A DNA stretch of 64,000 nucleotides from Minisyncoccota bacterium. GTDB taxonomy: Bacteria > Patescibacteriota > Minisyncoccia > Phycocordibacterales > UBA9973. The translations under genes were made by a program, and so were the position numbers. Numbering within the stretch: the first letter of the stretch is position 1; every line of letters begins with the position of its first letter. A model generated the notes under the pieces. That model saw only the letters and a program-made list of their open reading frames with translations. It was not told where the DNA came from and ran no database searches. Positions 1-9,080 of the stretch are shown here, piece by piece. Location: contig JBAYFP010000003.1 in the NCBI GenBank assembly GCA_041667145.1, positions 8,424 through 72,423 of the forward strand, given 5' to 3'.

Positions 1-1076
1 AAGTCTAAAACTGGTTCAGTTATTATTTTATCGGATTTTTCTAAATCTACTGAAGCGAGAGCTAATTTATTTGCCGATGATGAATTATCTTTCGTTGATT
101 CTTGTATAACGGGAAGTATCGTCGTCAAACTATTTGCTTCGGGTAAACTCCCAATCACATTCGCAGATAAACCAGAAAAAACATTCCCAATTGCTAGACT
201 AGCACTTCGTATTCCACTCCCTATCGTCGCACCGACATTATACACACCATTTGCAATATATTTAGCAGTACTTTTTGTACTATTTATAACAAAATCAGCA
301 GAAGCCAAAACCGCTCCTTGCACTTTGTGAAAAGCGGTAAGTTTTTGTGGAGAAATACAAGTTTCTTGTGATGATTGTTCATCATTATTTTGAAGTTTAT
401 TTAAAGATGTTTTTATGTCAGAAATAATTCTATCTCCTTGATATTTTAAATAAACATCCGAAAAACTATGCCCATTCCCATCACTAGATTGAAGTGGTAT
501 GTGAATATTCGGCGGTAAAATTTTAATAAAACGTGCCACCATCGTCGCGATCACATTGTCTGTATCAGAAGTTAAATATTGTCCTCCTCCTGCTACACGG
601 TTCGCGGGACTTCCGACACCATAGACACCGATAGATTGGCTCGGAACTCCACCTTGTTGTGAAGCAATTTTATCGTAAAAATTATTTGCATAAAAGTTCC
701 CTTGAGAATGACCGAAAAGAAGAAGCTTTTGCGTTGTCACTTTTTGACTTGCATCATTTAGCATCTCAATAAGATCATAATCAGATTTTTCATCAAAAAG
801 CCCTTGCTGCACAGCATCAATTAAATCTTTCACACCAGAAAGATGGGTAGGATTGTAGAGATAATTTACTGTAATAGTTTCATTATTAAAATTCGGTGGT
901 AATTTATATTTTAAGGCAAATGCATTTAACTTTGCACCATTTTCGTCCGTGAATATACCATTTATAGTAGTAACCGTATAACCTTTCGAGGTGCATAATT
1001 CACTTGCCGAAACACTTTTAAAACAAATTAAAAATAGCAAAACCACAACAAGAATATAAGATATCCTTTTTTTCAT
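1..1076 (-). CDS. Secreted alpha/beta-hydrolase (lipase/cutinase-like), runs off the left edge
   Basis: Not in the ORF track; translated by hand from ATG at 1076: MKKRISYILVVVLLFLICFKSVSA signal peptide, nucleophile elbow GHSQG (699-713), later GNGHSF. Confidence 0.75.
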   Translation of the reverse strand, partial: MKKRISYILVVVLLFLICFKSVSASELCTSKGYTVTTINGIFTDENGAKLNAFALKYKLPPNFNNETITVNYLYNPTHLSGVKDLIDAVQQGLFDEKSDYDLIEMLNDASQKVTTQKLLLFGHSQGNFYANNFYDKIASQQGGVPSQSIGVYGVGSPANRVAGGGQYLTSDTDNVIATMVARFIKILPPNIHIPLQSSDGNGHSFSDVYLKYQGDRIISDIKTSLNKLQNNDEQSSQETCISPQKLTAFHKVQGAVLASADFVINSTKSTAKYIANGVYNVGATIGSGIRSASLAIGNVFSGLSANVIGSLPEANSLTTILPVIQESTKDNSSSANKLALASVDLEKSDKIITEPVLD

Positions 1077-1099
1077 ACAAATATTTAGTTAACTCTTAA

Positions 1100-1690
1100 T
1101 TAATCTGATAATAAACTAACATCAACATCACAACCTGATTGTAATTTAAAACTCCCTACATTCTTATCGAAGTTTATTTTTAAATCTTTTCTTTCTTTTG
1201 TATTGAGTTGCAAATTCTCAACAAAATTACGATATAATTCAATTTTTTGTAAGTCACCATCACCTTTTAAAACAATTCTCCCAATACAATCATAAGAACG
1301 TGATTCATTTTCTGCTACTGCTGTCGCTGTCTCTTTACTAATGTCTAATTGCCCTGTTTCAATCTGAAGTACCAACGCATACTGCAAAAGAACTGCGCGA
1401 GTTTTGGCAGAATTTGGATACTCCTTAAAAACCGCAAGCTCGACGTCATCACGAATGCCATTGTTGTTTGCATCTATCCCCTCTACAGTCTTGCCAGCTT
1501 CTTCTCCTGGGTCCGGTGGAAGATTCTTCCCTAACACATCATCCATAGTAAGTTTAGTATTATGAATTTTTTCTACTTGCGCATTTGTTTTTGCTTCACT
1601 ATTGCGATAGATCACACGTCCAATAATTAAAATTAAAAATAGTCCAAGTAAAATTAAAAAAGTAAATTTTAATATTTTCATTTTTTGCAT
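1100..1690 (-). CDS. Membrane-anchored protein with GIDANNNGIRDDVE (Ca-binding-like) motif; possible partner/immunity protein of the hydrolase
   Basis: N-terminal TM helix, DxNxNGxxD motif, two Cys; ATG 1690 preferred over TTG 1696 because TATAAT lies 6 nt upstream. Confidence 0.6.
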   Translation of the reverse strand: MQKMKILKFTFLILLGLFLILIIGRVIYRNSEAKTNAQVEKIHNTKLTMDDVLGKNLPPDPGEEAGKTVEGIDANNNGIRDDVELAVFKEYPNSAKTRAVLLQYALVLQIETGQLDISKETATAVAENESRSYDCIGRIVLKGDGDLQKIELYRNFVENLQLNTKERKDLKINFDKNVGSFKLQSGCDVDVSLLSD

Positions 1691-1732
1691 TTCCAAATTA
1701 TATTATTAAAATAAATTAATCAAAAGAAAAAG

Positions 1733-1800
1733 TGTGGAGAACCCTACAGACGTTGGACGTCTGGGACTTATCCACACTCCCAGACGTCCAACGTCTGGGA
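1733..1800. repeat. Direct repeat copy A (DnaA-like box, REP, DnaA box, inverted REP)
   Basis: TGTGGAGAA 1733-1741, CAGACGT-TGG-ACGTCTG 1747-1763, TTATCCACA 1768-1776, TCCCAGACGT-CCA-ACGTCTGGGA 1778-1800. Confidence 0.95.
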
Positions 1801-1829
1801 GAAAAATTACTTGCAATTTTTTTATAATG

Positions 1830-2486
1830 TTAGACATCAATAGAAAAATCTTCTTTTAGAAAAATAGGAAATTGTTCTCTTTGTTCTCTAACTAAAGAAG
1901 CTACTTTTAAACATTCCTCTTTAAAATTTAAATTATCACCATAAAATTCAAGGAGGATAGCTGCTTCTTTTTTAGAAACTATCTTAAAATTCATTCTCTC
2001 ATATTCTTTATCACTAGATACAATCAGACAACTTTTCTCAGGTGGTATATCATGAATCATGTAATTGACATTTACATAAGGAAAAACCTTTAAAAAATAC
2101 TGTTCGTCACTTATCAAATTAGATTTAAATCTACCTTGGAATAGTGCCCCACTGCGATGATGTACTTCATTGAAGTATTTTGTATACCCACCCAACAATC
2201 TTTTTAGAAATTCAGAAATACCTCCATCTATCTCTTGTTTTAGAACAAAATGAAAATGATTTGGGTTAAAACAATAGCAAACAATAGAAACTAAAACGTT
2301 TTGCTCTCCCATACATACGATACCCGATTTATCCCTAATACTCCCTATTGGTTTAATTGTATTAAACTTCTTTACACTTAAAACAAAACGATCTATATCT
2401 TTTTTGGTTGTAAAAATGTCTCTTTTATCAACACCCCTATTAAAAATATGATAATACTGATCAGTTACGAGAGGATTTTTTCTCAT
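1830..2486 (-). CDS. REP-associated tyrosine transposase (RAYT, Y1_Tnp HUH family)
   Basis: YYHIFNRGVDKRDIF, YCFNPNHFHF (HUH), GYTKYFN, RSGALFQGRFKS, YVNVN. Confidence 0.9.
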   Translation of the reverse strand: MRKNPLVTDQYYHIFNRGVDKRDIFTTKKDIDRFVLSVKKFNTIKPIGSIRDKSGIVCMGEQNVLVSIVCYCFNPNHFHFVLKQEIDGGISEFLKRLLGGYTKYFNEVHHRSGALFQGRFKSNLISDEQYFLKVFPYVNVNYMIHDIPPEKSCLIVSSDKEYERMNFKIVSKKEAAILLEFYGDNLNFKEECLKVASLVREQREQFPIFLKEDFSIDV

Positions 2487-2494
2487 AATAAATT

Positions 2495-2527
2495 AAGATT
2501 TCCAGACGTTGGACGTCTGGAAATCTT
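2495..2527. repeat. REP palindrome with 15-bp arms just upstream of the RAYT start
   Basis: AAGATTTCCAGACGT-TGG-ACGTCTGGAAATCTT. Confidence 0.95.
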
Positions 2528-2602
2528 TTTAAAATATTTTAAATTAAATTATAAATGTAATTTAATTATTATCTCACAACACAAAAATTTTACCCTTCCT
2601 TC

Positions 2603-2670
2603 TGTGGATAAACCTACAGACGTTGGACGTCTGGGACTTATCCACAACCCCAGACGTCCAACGTCTGGGA
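2603..2670. repeat. Direct repeat copy B (two perfect inverted DnaA boxes around a REP, plus an inverted REP)
   Basis: TGTGGATAA 2603-2611, REP 2617-2633, TTATCCACA 2638-2646, REP 2648-2669. Confidence 0.95.
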
Positions 2671-2682
2671 AAGAATAAAACA

Positions 2683-2717
2683 AACCAGCCCCAGACGTTT
2701 TACGTCTGGGGCTGGTT
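2683..2717 (-). terminator. REP-derived hairpin, probable terminator of the 2758-5046 gene
   Basis: AACCAGCCCCAGACGT-TTT-ACGTCTGGGGCTGGTT (16-bp stem), 40 nt after the stop, U-rich tail on the minus strand. Confidence 0.65.
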
Positions 2718-2757
2718 AAATTTACTTTTTAAAATTAAATTCTAAAAGATAAATTAT

Positions 2758-5046
2758 CTATTGAGCTTGAGAATTCATCATCTGTTTCGTCATAGGACCA
2801 ACAAGACCATCGGATACTAAACCATTAGCAGCTTGCCATTGTTTGATAACTGCGATCGTCTTTGGACCTAATTTGCCATCGAGAACCAAACCAAGATTTA
2901 GTTTAGCATTTAAGAATTTTTGTAATTCTATGACAGCAGCACCTTGACTTCCATTTTTCAAAACAGCCGTTCCAAAATTGTAAGTCGTAGGAGGTGTGAC
3001 GGTCGTCACATGATTCCCAACACAAGAAGCTCCCGTTGATGTACTGAAGCCAGTTGCTCTATTCCCACATCCTGGAATTTGAAGTGTCTCATTATTAACA
3101 CATGCTGCTCCAGTGGATGTATTAAACAAATTCCCTGCTGAACATCCTGGAGTTACAGCTGGTGGAACTACTGGAGTTGTATCTGGAGTTGTATCTGGAG
3201 TTGTATCTGGAGTTGTATCTGGAGTTGTAGTAACTGTAATAGGTTCATCTGAATCACTTGTAGTTTTACCAAGAGCAATGGTTATCATACCATCAGCTGC
3301 AGTAGTAAAGTATGTATTATTTGTATGTGTCGCAACTGGACTTGTAGAACCTGTTGAACCCCATGTACCTTTCTTTTGATAGGCTGTACCAAAATAAAGT
3401 TTATTCGCAGTATAAGTATTTGCAGTTGCTAAACTTAAAGTTCCTGCTGTTATGGTAAGGGTTCGACCTATAGCAAGACTAGTTGCTGTAGCAGCTTTTA
3501 TACCACTACCAGAAAGTCCTAGGTTACTATAAGTATTAGGAGTTCCAGCAAGAGCTGCATTTATTGTTTGCCCTGTCCCTCTGTAATTAACAGTGTTTCC
3601 TGCTGTTGAAACATTTAAGTTGGTAATTGCAGAAAGACCATCAATATTTAAAATACCAGTAGCACCGTTAACAAATCCAGTCCCTGCTCCAGATAAAGCT
3701 GTCGTAGCTGTAACCGTACCACTATTGTTTAATGTTCCAGCAATAGTAAGTAATGTTAATACTGTCAATGTACCAGAGTTAGAACATACTCCAGAAACAC
3801 TTACACTTGGAATGGCTAATGTTCCAGAGAGAGCACATGTCGCAGAAGAAAATGTGTGAACACCAGTAGTATTTGGAGTAGCAGTGAATGTACCAGTATT
3901 TGCTAAATTCCCTGCGAAAGTAATAGCAACAGCCACTGCTCCTTCAGTCCATGTACCAACATTTGATACATTTCCTGTAAAAGTTTTAAGACCTGTTGCG
4001 CTTAAAAAGTTTATTGTCGCTCCACTAGCAATTGTAGTGGTTCCTGTGACAGTTAAGACAGAATCAGCCGTAGCAAGAGTACCAGCAGCTACACTAAGGC
4101 CTCCAGCACCGATGTTTACAGTACTACCTGTTAAAGTTGTATTACTATTTAAAGTAACAAGACCTGTAAAAGTTTTAGTACCACTAGTGAATGATAATGT
4201 TCCTGTAGTAGCTACTGTAGTAGTACCAGTAACATTAAATGTATAAGTCGATGTGTCAAGGGTTCCAGTAGTTACAAGAAGATTTCCACCGATAGTAACA
4301 GTGCTACCAGTTGGAGTAACTGTATTTCCCGTACCAGCAATAGTAACATTGTTGTATGTAGTATAAGCACCCATTGCTTGTGCACCAGTTCCATTAAAAG
4401 TAATAGTACTACCAGTACCAGTAAATGTCCCACCAGCTGTAAAATCACCACCAACAGCAACAAGACTATTTGTAGCATTAAATACTGATGCTGCCCCAAG
4501 AGTCAAATTTGTACCAACATTGATATGACTAATACCCGTAGAAACTAATGAACTTTGAGCATTTGCAGCAAGAGTAATAGCAGCAGAAGTTGTTATCGTT
4601 CCAGTACTTATTGTAACTTGAGAAATTCTTGTTGCTGCCCCTCCTGTAATAGCTAAGTTTTGAGCCAATAATGTAGCATTACCAACAGCAAGAGTAGTTG
4701 TAGCAGAATCTCCTGTCGGAGTAGCAACGGTTACAGTTCCCGTGGCTGTAAGTGTAGTACTTGCTCCAGACATAGTAAGAGCTGTTGTTGAAACTCCATC
4801 GTTTATTGTAAGATTTACAATTGATGTTGCCACTGGAGTTGATGACAAAGTAACAAGGTGTCCTGAAGCAATAACTACAGAATCTCCAGTTTGAGGAGGA
4901 TTACCCCCTACCCAAGTAAGACCTGCATTCCAATCACCACCAGAAGCTGAAGTGACTGTTGCTGCTTCTGCTTTACCTGTAAACAAAGCTAAAGCAAAAA
5001 CAAACATTCCGACTGAAAGAAAAACATTTTTTAAATTAAACTTCAT
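2758..5046 (-). CDS. Large secreted Thr/Gly-rich surface protein with C-terminal peptidoglycan-binding domain
   Basis: Signal peptide (AEA), beta-rich T/G/A body, TTPD linker, PGC..GFST.TG..C motifs, LKNGSQG..V..LQKFLN..DGKLGPKT..WQ..GL..DGLVG. Confidence 0.8.
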   Translation of the reverse strand: MKFNLKNVFLSVGMFVFALALFTGKAEAATVTSASGGDWNAGLTWVGGNPPQTGDSVVIASGHLVTLSSTPVATSIVNLTINDGVSTTALTMSGASTTLTATGTVTVATPTGDSATTTLAVGNATLLAQNLAITGGAATRISQVTISTGTITTSAAITLAANAQSSLVSTGISHINVGTNLTLGAASVFNATNSLVAVGGDFTAGGTFTGTGSTITFNGTGAQAMGAYTTYNNVTIAGTGNTVTPTGSTVTIGGNLLVTTGTLDTSTYTFNVTGTTTVATTGTLSFTSGTKTFTGLVTLNSNTTLTGSTVNIGAGGLSVAAGTLATADSVLTVTGTTTIASGATINFLSATGLKTFTGNVSNVGTWTEGAVAVAITFAGNLANTGTFTATPNTTGVHTFSSATCALSGTLAIPSVSVSGVCSNSGTLTVLTLLTIAGTLNNSGTVTATTALSGAGTGFVNGATGILNIDGLSAITNLNVSTAGNTVNYRGTGQTINAALAGTPNTYSNLGLSGSGIKAATATSLAIGRTLTITAGTLSLATANTYTANKLYFGTAYQKKGTWGSTGSTSPVATHTNNTYFTTAADGMITIALGKTTSDSDEPITVTTTPDTTPDTTPDTTPDTTPVVPPAVTPGCSAGNLFNTSTGAACVNNETLQIPGCGNRATGFSTSTGASCVGNHVTTVTPPTTYNFGTAVLKNGSQGAAVIELQKFLNAKLNLGLVLDGKLGPKTIAVIKQWQAANGLVSDGLVGPMTKQMMNSQAQ
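3171..3229. repeat. 12-bp tandem repeat (CTGGAGTTGTAT x4.9) encoding a TTPD linker
   Basis: Direct reading of the sequence. Confidence 0.95.
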
Positions 5047-5223
5047 AATTTTTTTCCGTAAAAACGGATAATTAATAATAATTAATAATAATAATTTTTA
5101 AAGACAATAAACGTATCACCATCAAGACGACCTTCAATGGTAATTTATACATCTATTATAGAACTAAAACAATAAATATGATAACAAGTAAACTGTGGAT
5201 ATCTTTTTATATAAATAACCAAA

Positions 5224-5255
5224 CAAAAAACCACCCCCGTCGGGGTGGTTTTTTG
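5224..5255. terminator. Intrinsic terminator (bidirectional type) downstream of 5315-7516
   Basis: CAAAAAACCACCCC-CGTC-GGGGTGGTTTTTTG. Confidence 0.85.
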
Positions 5256-5314
5256 AATACTTTTTAAGGCGTATTAACCATAACTAATCTTAAATCTTAG
5301 ATTCTAAACTCTAA

Positions 5315-7516
5315 TTAAAGAGCATAGTCACTTATTGCAGCTGCAGAAACAGGTGAGATAAAGTCAGTTAGATTAATTGTGTAGAACTTAGCAGCAGTAG
5401 CATCTGCTGGATCCCAGTTAATCGAACCAAGCTTTATTTGGTAGTAACCATCACCATCTGTACCTGTTGTATCAAGACTTAATGTAGCTGTCAAATGGAA
5501 ACGACGAGTAGCTCCTTCTTTAACCATAAAGTCGGTTGTACTATCGTCTGTTGTTGCTCCATCAGCTGTGAGAATAGATGTTGGGCCAACAGCATAGTTA
5601 GCCACTGCTTGATCTACTATAGAACCATTTTTAGCAATATAGTAAACAACACCTTGTCCTGCTCCAGTTGGCAAAGAAGCTATTGTAGTGTCAAATAATG
5701 CACTTTTATCAATATATACATCTTCACCGATAGCGGTAATATCAAAGTTGATAACCCCTGTATAAGAATCAGTCAATGTAGCAGTATCAGGAGATACCTG
5801 TCTTGTGCCAGTTGCAGATACTAAAGTAGCAACCATTCCCTTTGTATAGAATGTTTGGATATTACCAGTTGCAGAACCTGTTCTATCACCAGTAAGTACA
5901 GTATCACCACCTTCTGTTGTCTCAACAAGAACCTTTGTTACATCAGTAAGATCTGCACCCAAGAATGAGAGCTTCAAATTGTCTGCTTGGTCAAAGATAG
6001 CAGCACCTGAAGTTGTTGCAAGTGCTTTCATTGTTGCCTTAACTGTAAAGACTGTAGTCGTATCTTTCTCAAGAGTAAGACCAGAAATATCAGAGAAAAT
6101 AACTGTTCCAGCCGTTTCTTTATTAGCATAATCCCATGACGTTGAGGTTGATGGGTCTGAATCTGCTACGGCAATCGAATCTGTTCCTTTAAAGAGTTCC
6201 CAACTATTTACCATTTCAACCATACCATCAGAATCCCCGGTTGAAGTTGCAGCAAATCGAAGTTTTGTAATATCCATAGCACCACCTGTTGCCTTCAAAC
6301 TAAAGGTAAGCATTGGTACAACTGTTGTACCTGTTTCACTTAATGTGACAACTCCAGTTGTAGGATTACCTGATGCTGTAGCAAGTTTAAGTGCTAGGTC
6401 ACCTGAACTAACAACACTTGAGAAAGCAATTAATTCAGAAACAATAGTTGAATCTGTCAAAATGGCACCTGTCGCATCATTATAACGTACACTAACAGTA
6501 GCTACTGTCCAGTCTAAACCTGCACTATGTTGATCTGTTGAATCAATAGTACTATTAGCTGTTACTTCAACAACTAATGTTATTTTCTGACCAGCTTTTA
6601 CTATTACTCCTGAAAGTGGGATAGAACCACTGTATGTATTATTAGAGGTATCTCTTGTGAAGTTACTTGTAGAAAGTGATCCAACTTTAGTTGAACCCAT
6701 ATATATAGCAACATCACTCATATAACGATCTAATCGGTAAGAACCAGATCCACCATTCGCAGCATGTGTAAATTTAAGCTTTAAAGATGTAAGATTCAAA
6801 TCTGAACCATTATCAGCTTTAACCTCAAATGCGAGAACCTTTGCGGAATCACCTTCATTTACTTCCTCATCATTATAAACTGAAAGTTTTGTTAAAGCAG
6901 AAATATTTCCTGCTCCGCCAGTTACTGTTCCAGTTGTTGAATCACACTTTACGCCAGTTGTTGAACTGTATCCTACAGCTGATGTACAGCCTGCTGGATA
7001 AGTCGTAACTGTTGAACATGATAAACCTGTTGTTGTACTGTATCCTGCTGCTGATGTACAGCCTGCTGGATAATTACCAGTAACAGCACCATTACATGCC
7101 AAACCAGTTACTGAACTGAATCCTACGGTTGATGTACAACCTGGTAAGAAAGCACTAGCTGGAGCACCAGCATTGATTTGAGCGACAGCGGAAGCTCTGG
7201 ACATTGCGCCTAGAACACCGTCAGCTGCTAAACCTCTGGAACCCTGCCAAGCTTTAGCTTGAACTTCAGATAATGGTCCGAATTTTCCATCCTCAACTAA
7301 TTGAGCGGTGGTACTGTAACCATTAAGAAATCTCTGCCAAATTAATGCAGCTTGTCCTGAACTACCTGCGCGAACTGTAGCCGCATACTGAATATCAGCT
7401 GCTGTTACAATCGCTTGCTGAGCATTAGCTTTAGGTACAAGAGCGACAGCTCCTGCAACCAAAACTGCTACTAGCATAACTCCTAAAAGAAATTTTGATT
7501 TTAATAATTTACTCAT
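5315..7516 (-). CDS. S-layer-like secreted protein with N-terminal peptidoglycan-binding domain
   Basis: Signal peptide (ANA), WQRFLN..DGKFGP..WQ..GL.ADG.LG, three (Y/L)P.GCTS..G(Y/F)S..TG..C repeats, long beta-rich body. Confidence 0.75.
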   Translation of the reverse strand: MSKLLKSKFLLGVMLVAVLVAGAVALVPKANAQQAIVTAADIQYAATVRAGSSGQAALIWQRFLNGYSTTAQLVEDGKFGPLSEVQAKAWQGSRGLAADGVLGAMSRASAVAQINAGAPASAFLPGCTSTVGFSSVTGLACNGAVTGNYPAGCTSAAGYSTTTGLSCSTVTTYPAGCTSAVGYSSTTGVKCDSTTGTVTGGAGNISALTKLSVYNDEEVNEGDSAKVLAFEVKADNGSDLNLTSLKLKFTHAANGGSGSYRLDRYMSDVAIYMGSTKVGSLSTSNFTRDTSNNTYSGSIPLSGVIVKAGQKITLVVEVTANSTIDSTDQHSAGLDWTVATVSVRYNDATGAILTDSTIVSELIAFSSVVSSGDLALKLATASGNPTTGVVTLSETGTTVVPMLTFSLKATGGAMDITKLRFAATSTGDSDGMVEMVNSWELFKGTDSIAVADSDPSTSTSWDYANKETAGTVIFSDISGLTLEKDTTTVFTVKATMKALATTSGAAIFDQADNLKLSFLGADLTDVTKVLVETTEGGDTVLTGDRTGSATGNIQTFYTKGMVATLVSATGTRQVSPDTATLTDSYTGVINFDITAIGEDVYIDKSALFDTTIASLPTGAGQGVVYYIAKNGSIVDQAVANYAVGPTSILTADGATTDDSTTDFMVKEGATRRFHLTATLSLDTTGTDGDGYYQIKLGSINWDPADATAAKFYTINLTDFISPVSAAAISDYAL

Positions 7517-7887
7517 AATTTTTTACTACGCCATTAATTAGTTTCGACAAAACTAAAAGCGTATTTTTCTATCATTATTTTTTTATTCACCTATAACTTT
7601 TAAAAATTAATAATGCGGTAAATAAATTTAATAATGAACAGATTTAAACTAAACGAAAACAAAACTATTTCAACAAATTTATTTCGTTAAAATATTCACT
7701 AAATCAGAAATATATTTCTCATTTAGTTATTTAGTTTTCAATGACCTTTCTTTTACCCATACAAATTTTTGACCTTTGATGGGCTTGCTCTCCTTCAAGA
7801 TTTTTTCGACGAAATCGTGAATGAAAACAAATAACATTTGCGAACACAGAACACACTTTACAGTGAGCAATCTGTGTACACCCAAAC
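7517..7887 (-). promoter_or_regulatory. Long structured 5' leader of the S-layer-like gene (putative)
   Basis: Candidate -10 TATAAT 7888-7893 and -35 TTGCTC 7912-7917; stems GTTATTTAGTTTTCA/TGAAAACAAATAAC (7726-7835) and ACACAGA/TCTGTGT. Confidence 0.45.
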
Positions 7888-7933
7888 ATTATAATATATA
7901 GCTCTAGGCTAGAGCAATAGACTATGTGGATAA

Positions 7934-7970
7934 CCCCGAACAAAAGCCAAAGGCTTCGTACGAAGCAGGT
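7934..7970. repeat. 37-bp dispersed element, CCCCGAACAA-hairpin-CAGGT family, copy 1
   Basis: CCCCGAACAA-AAGCC-AAA-GGCTT-CGTACGAAGCAGGT; same length and similar flanks at 23618-23654. Confidence 0.7.
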
Positions 7971-8100
7971 TCCTTTTTGAGAGAAAACCTGTATAATCCA
8001 TACATCTATATTCTCATAATTTTAATCAAAAAGCAACCTAAATAGACCCTATAATTAAAGTAGACGTTTGACACTAGATAAAAGTACAAAAAATATCCAT

Positions 8101-8215
8101 AAAAATCACTAAATTAACTATCTTAAAAAGCATTGCGCAGGCGGGTAGCCGAGCATAGCAATTCGCCAACAGGCGAATATGCGTGGTTTTTAAAATAGAT
8201 AATTTAGTGATTTTT
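8101..8215. repeat. Long-arm hairpin element (32-bp inverted arms, GC-rich branched core)
   Basis: Arms 8101-8132 and 8184-8215 match 29/32; core contains ATTCGCC-AACA-GGCGAAT. Confidence 0.9.
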
Positions 8216-9040
8216 CTGATTTAAAAAGTATTGACTCCAACGTTTCTCTCCAGTTTTCTTAAGGACATTGTCTTTTACCATGGAAACTAATTCACGTTGT
8301 AAAGTTTTCTCTCCGACTTCTTCATTGACACCTTGAAGTGCAACTGCTATGTCTCTTATACTCATTCCATCTGGCTTTTGTCCTAAAACTTTTATTATTG
8401 AATCCCTCCTCCCTTTCTTTATTAATCCCCTATCTTCGCTAAAGCTTCGAAGGGCAGATCCATGCTCAACTTTATTTAAAGCATTCATTAATGTACTTCC
8501 CTTTTGGACACCAATTCTAGTTGACTGTCCTTTATAAAGTGATGGGTTATGTCCTTTAGAAAAATCCTTTTCCTTATCAGACAAAGACACCTGAGGTGTC
8601 TCTAAAAATCCTTCAAGCCATAGATTGTTTCTGGAAGTAAATTCTTGAATAGATAGTTTCAACTCCTCAAACTCCTTTCTTAGGATATTGGAGTTCATTT
8701 CAGATATCATCCTAATGTCAAAAGAAATACTTAAAAAGGACAGGATTGAGACAATCTTTTCATTAAGTCCGTTAAGGTTTCCTCTCTGTCCTGAAGCTGT
8801 GTCTGATAAAATTTCTACACCCAATGTCCTTAATTTGAGACGAATGGGTTCGTCCTTTTCCATAGTGTCTGTGACCATGTAGAGAGCAGTAATAAGCTTA
8901 TTTATTTTAGTATAAGGTAAAGGGCTATACATATTGGGAGTGTCTATATCATATGAAGTCAAAGACCTTGATACAGTGTCTCTTATAGAACCTTTTGGAG
9001 AGTCTTTTAGGTTTTTATTTTCACCTAACATGCTGTCCAT
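8204..9040 (-). CDS. Hypothetical protein with C-terminal winged-helix DNA-binding domain
   Basis: RRDSIIKVL..GMSIRDIA..VGEKTLQRELVSMVKDNVLKKTGEKRWSQY; alternative start at ATG 9031. Confidence 0.7.
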   Translation of the reverse strand: MDSMLGENKNLKDSPKGSIRDTVSRSLTSYDIDTPNMYSPLPYTKINKLITALYMVTDTMEKDEPIRLKLRTLGVEILSDTASGQRGNLNGLNEKIVSILSFLSISFDIRMISEMNSNILRKEFEELKLSIQEFTSRNNLWLEGFLETPQVSLSDKEKDFSKGHNPSLYKGQSTRIGVQKGSTLMNALNKVEHGSALRSFSEDRGLIKKGRRDSIIKVLGQKPDGMSIRDIAVALQGVNEEVGEKTLQRELVSMVKDNVLKKTGEKRWSQYFLNQKNH

Positions 9041-9080
9041 TATATATAGGACAAAAGAAAATGCAAGTCCATTTTAAAAG

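Larger units (their letters stand above)
1733..2717. mobile_element. RAYT/REP locus 1: HUH transposase gene flanked by 68-bp direct repeats and six REP-like palindromes
   Basis: 1733-1800 and 2603-2670 are 64/68 identical; palindrome CAGACGT-NNN-ACGTCTG at 1747, 1781, 2503, 2617, 2651, 2692. Confidence 0.8.

Noticed and set aside
1830-2486. IS200/IS605 element
   Set aside because: No tnpB, longer than IS200 TnpA, and motifs plus multiple flanking palindromes fit RAYT.
2448-2678. Small ORFs made of repeat sequence (also 9021-9242, 9258-9584, 42056-42244)
   Set aside because: They are translations of REP or hairpin elements.
1733-2717. Palindromic repeats as a CRISPR array
   Set aside because: Mixed orientations, no regular unique spacers, no cas1; they flank a RAYT gene.
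3113-4499. Overlapping ORFs within the surface-protein gene, and similar shadow ORFs elsewhere (e.g. 62864-63733 opposite rny)
   Set aside because: Antisense or off-frame shadows of biased codon usage, with no recognisable motifs.
5287-5314. Degenerate heptamer run ATCTTAA-ATCTTAG-ATTCTAA-ACTCTAA (weaker one near 46291-46320)
   Set aside because: Four degenerate AT-rich units only; no function can be supported.
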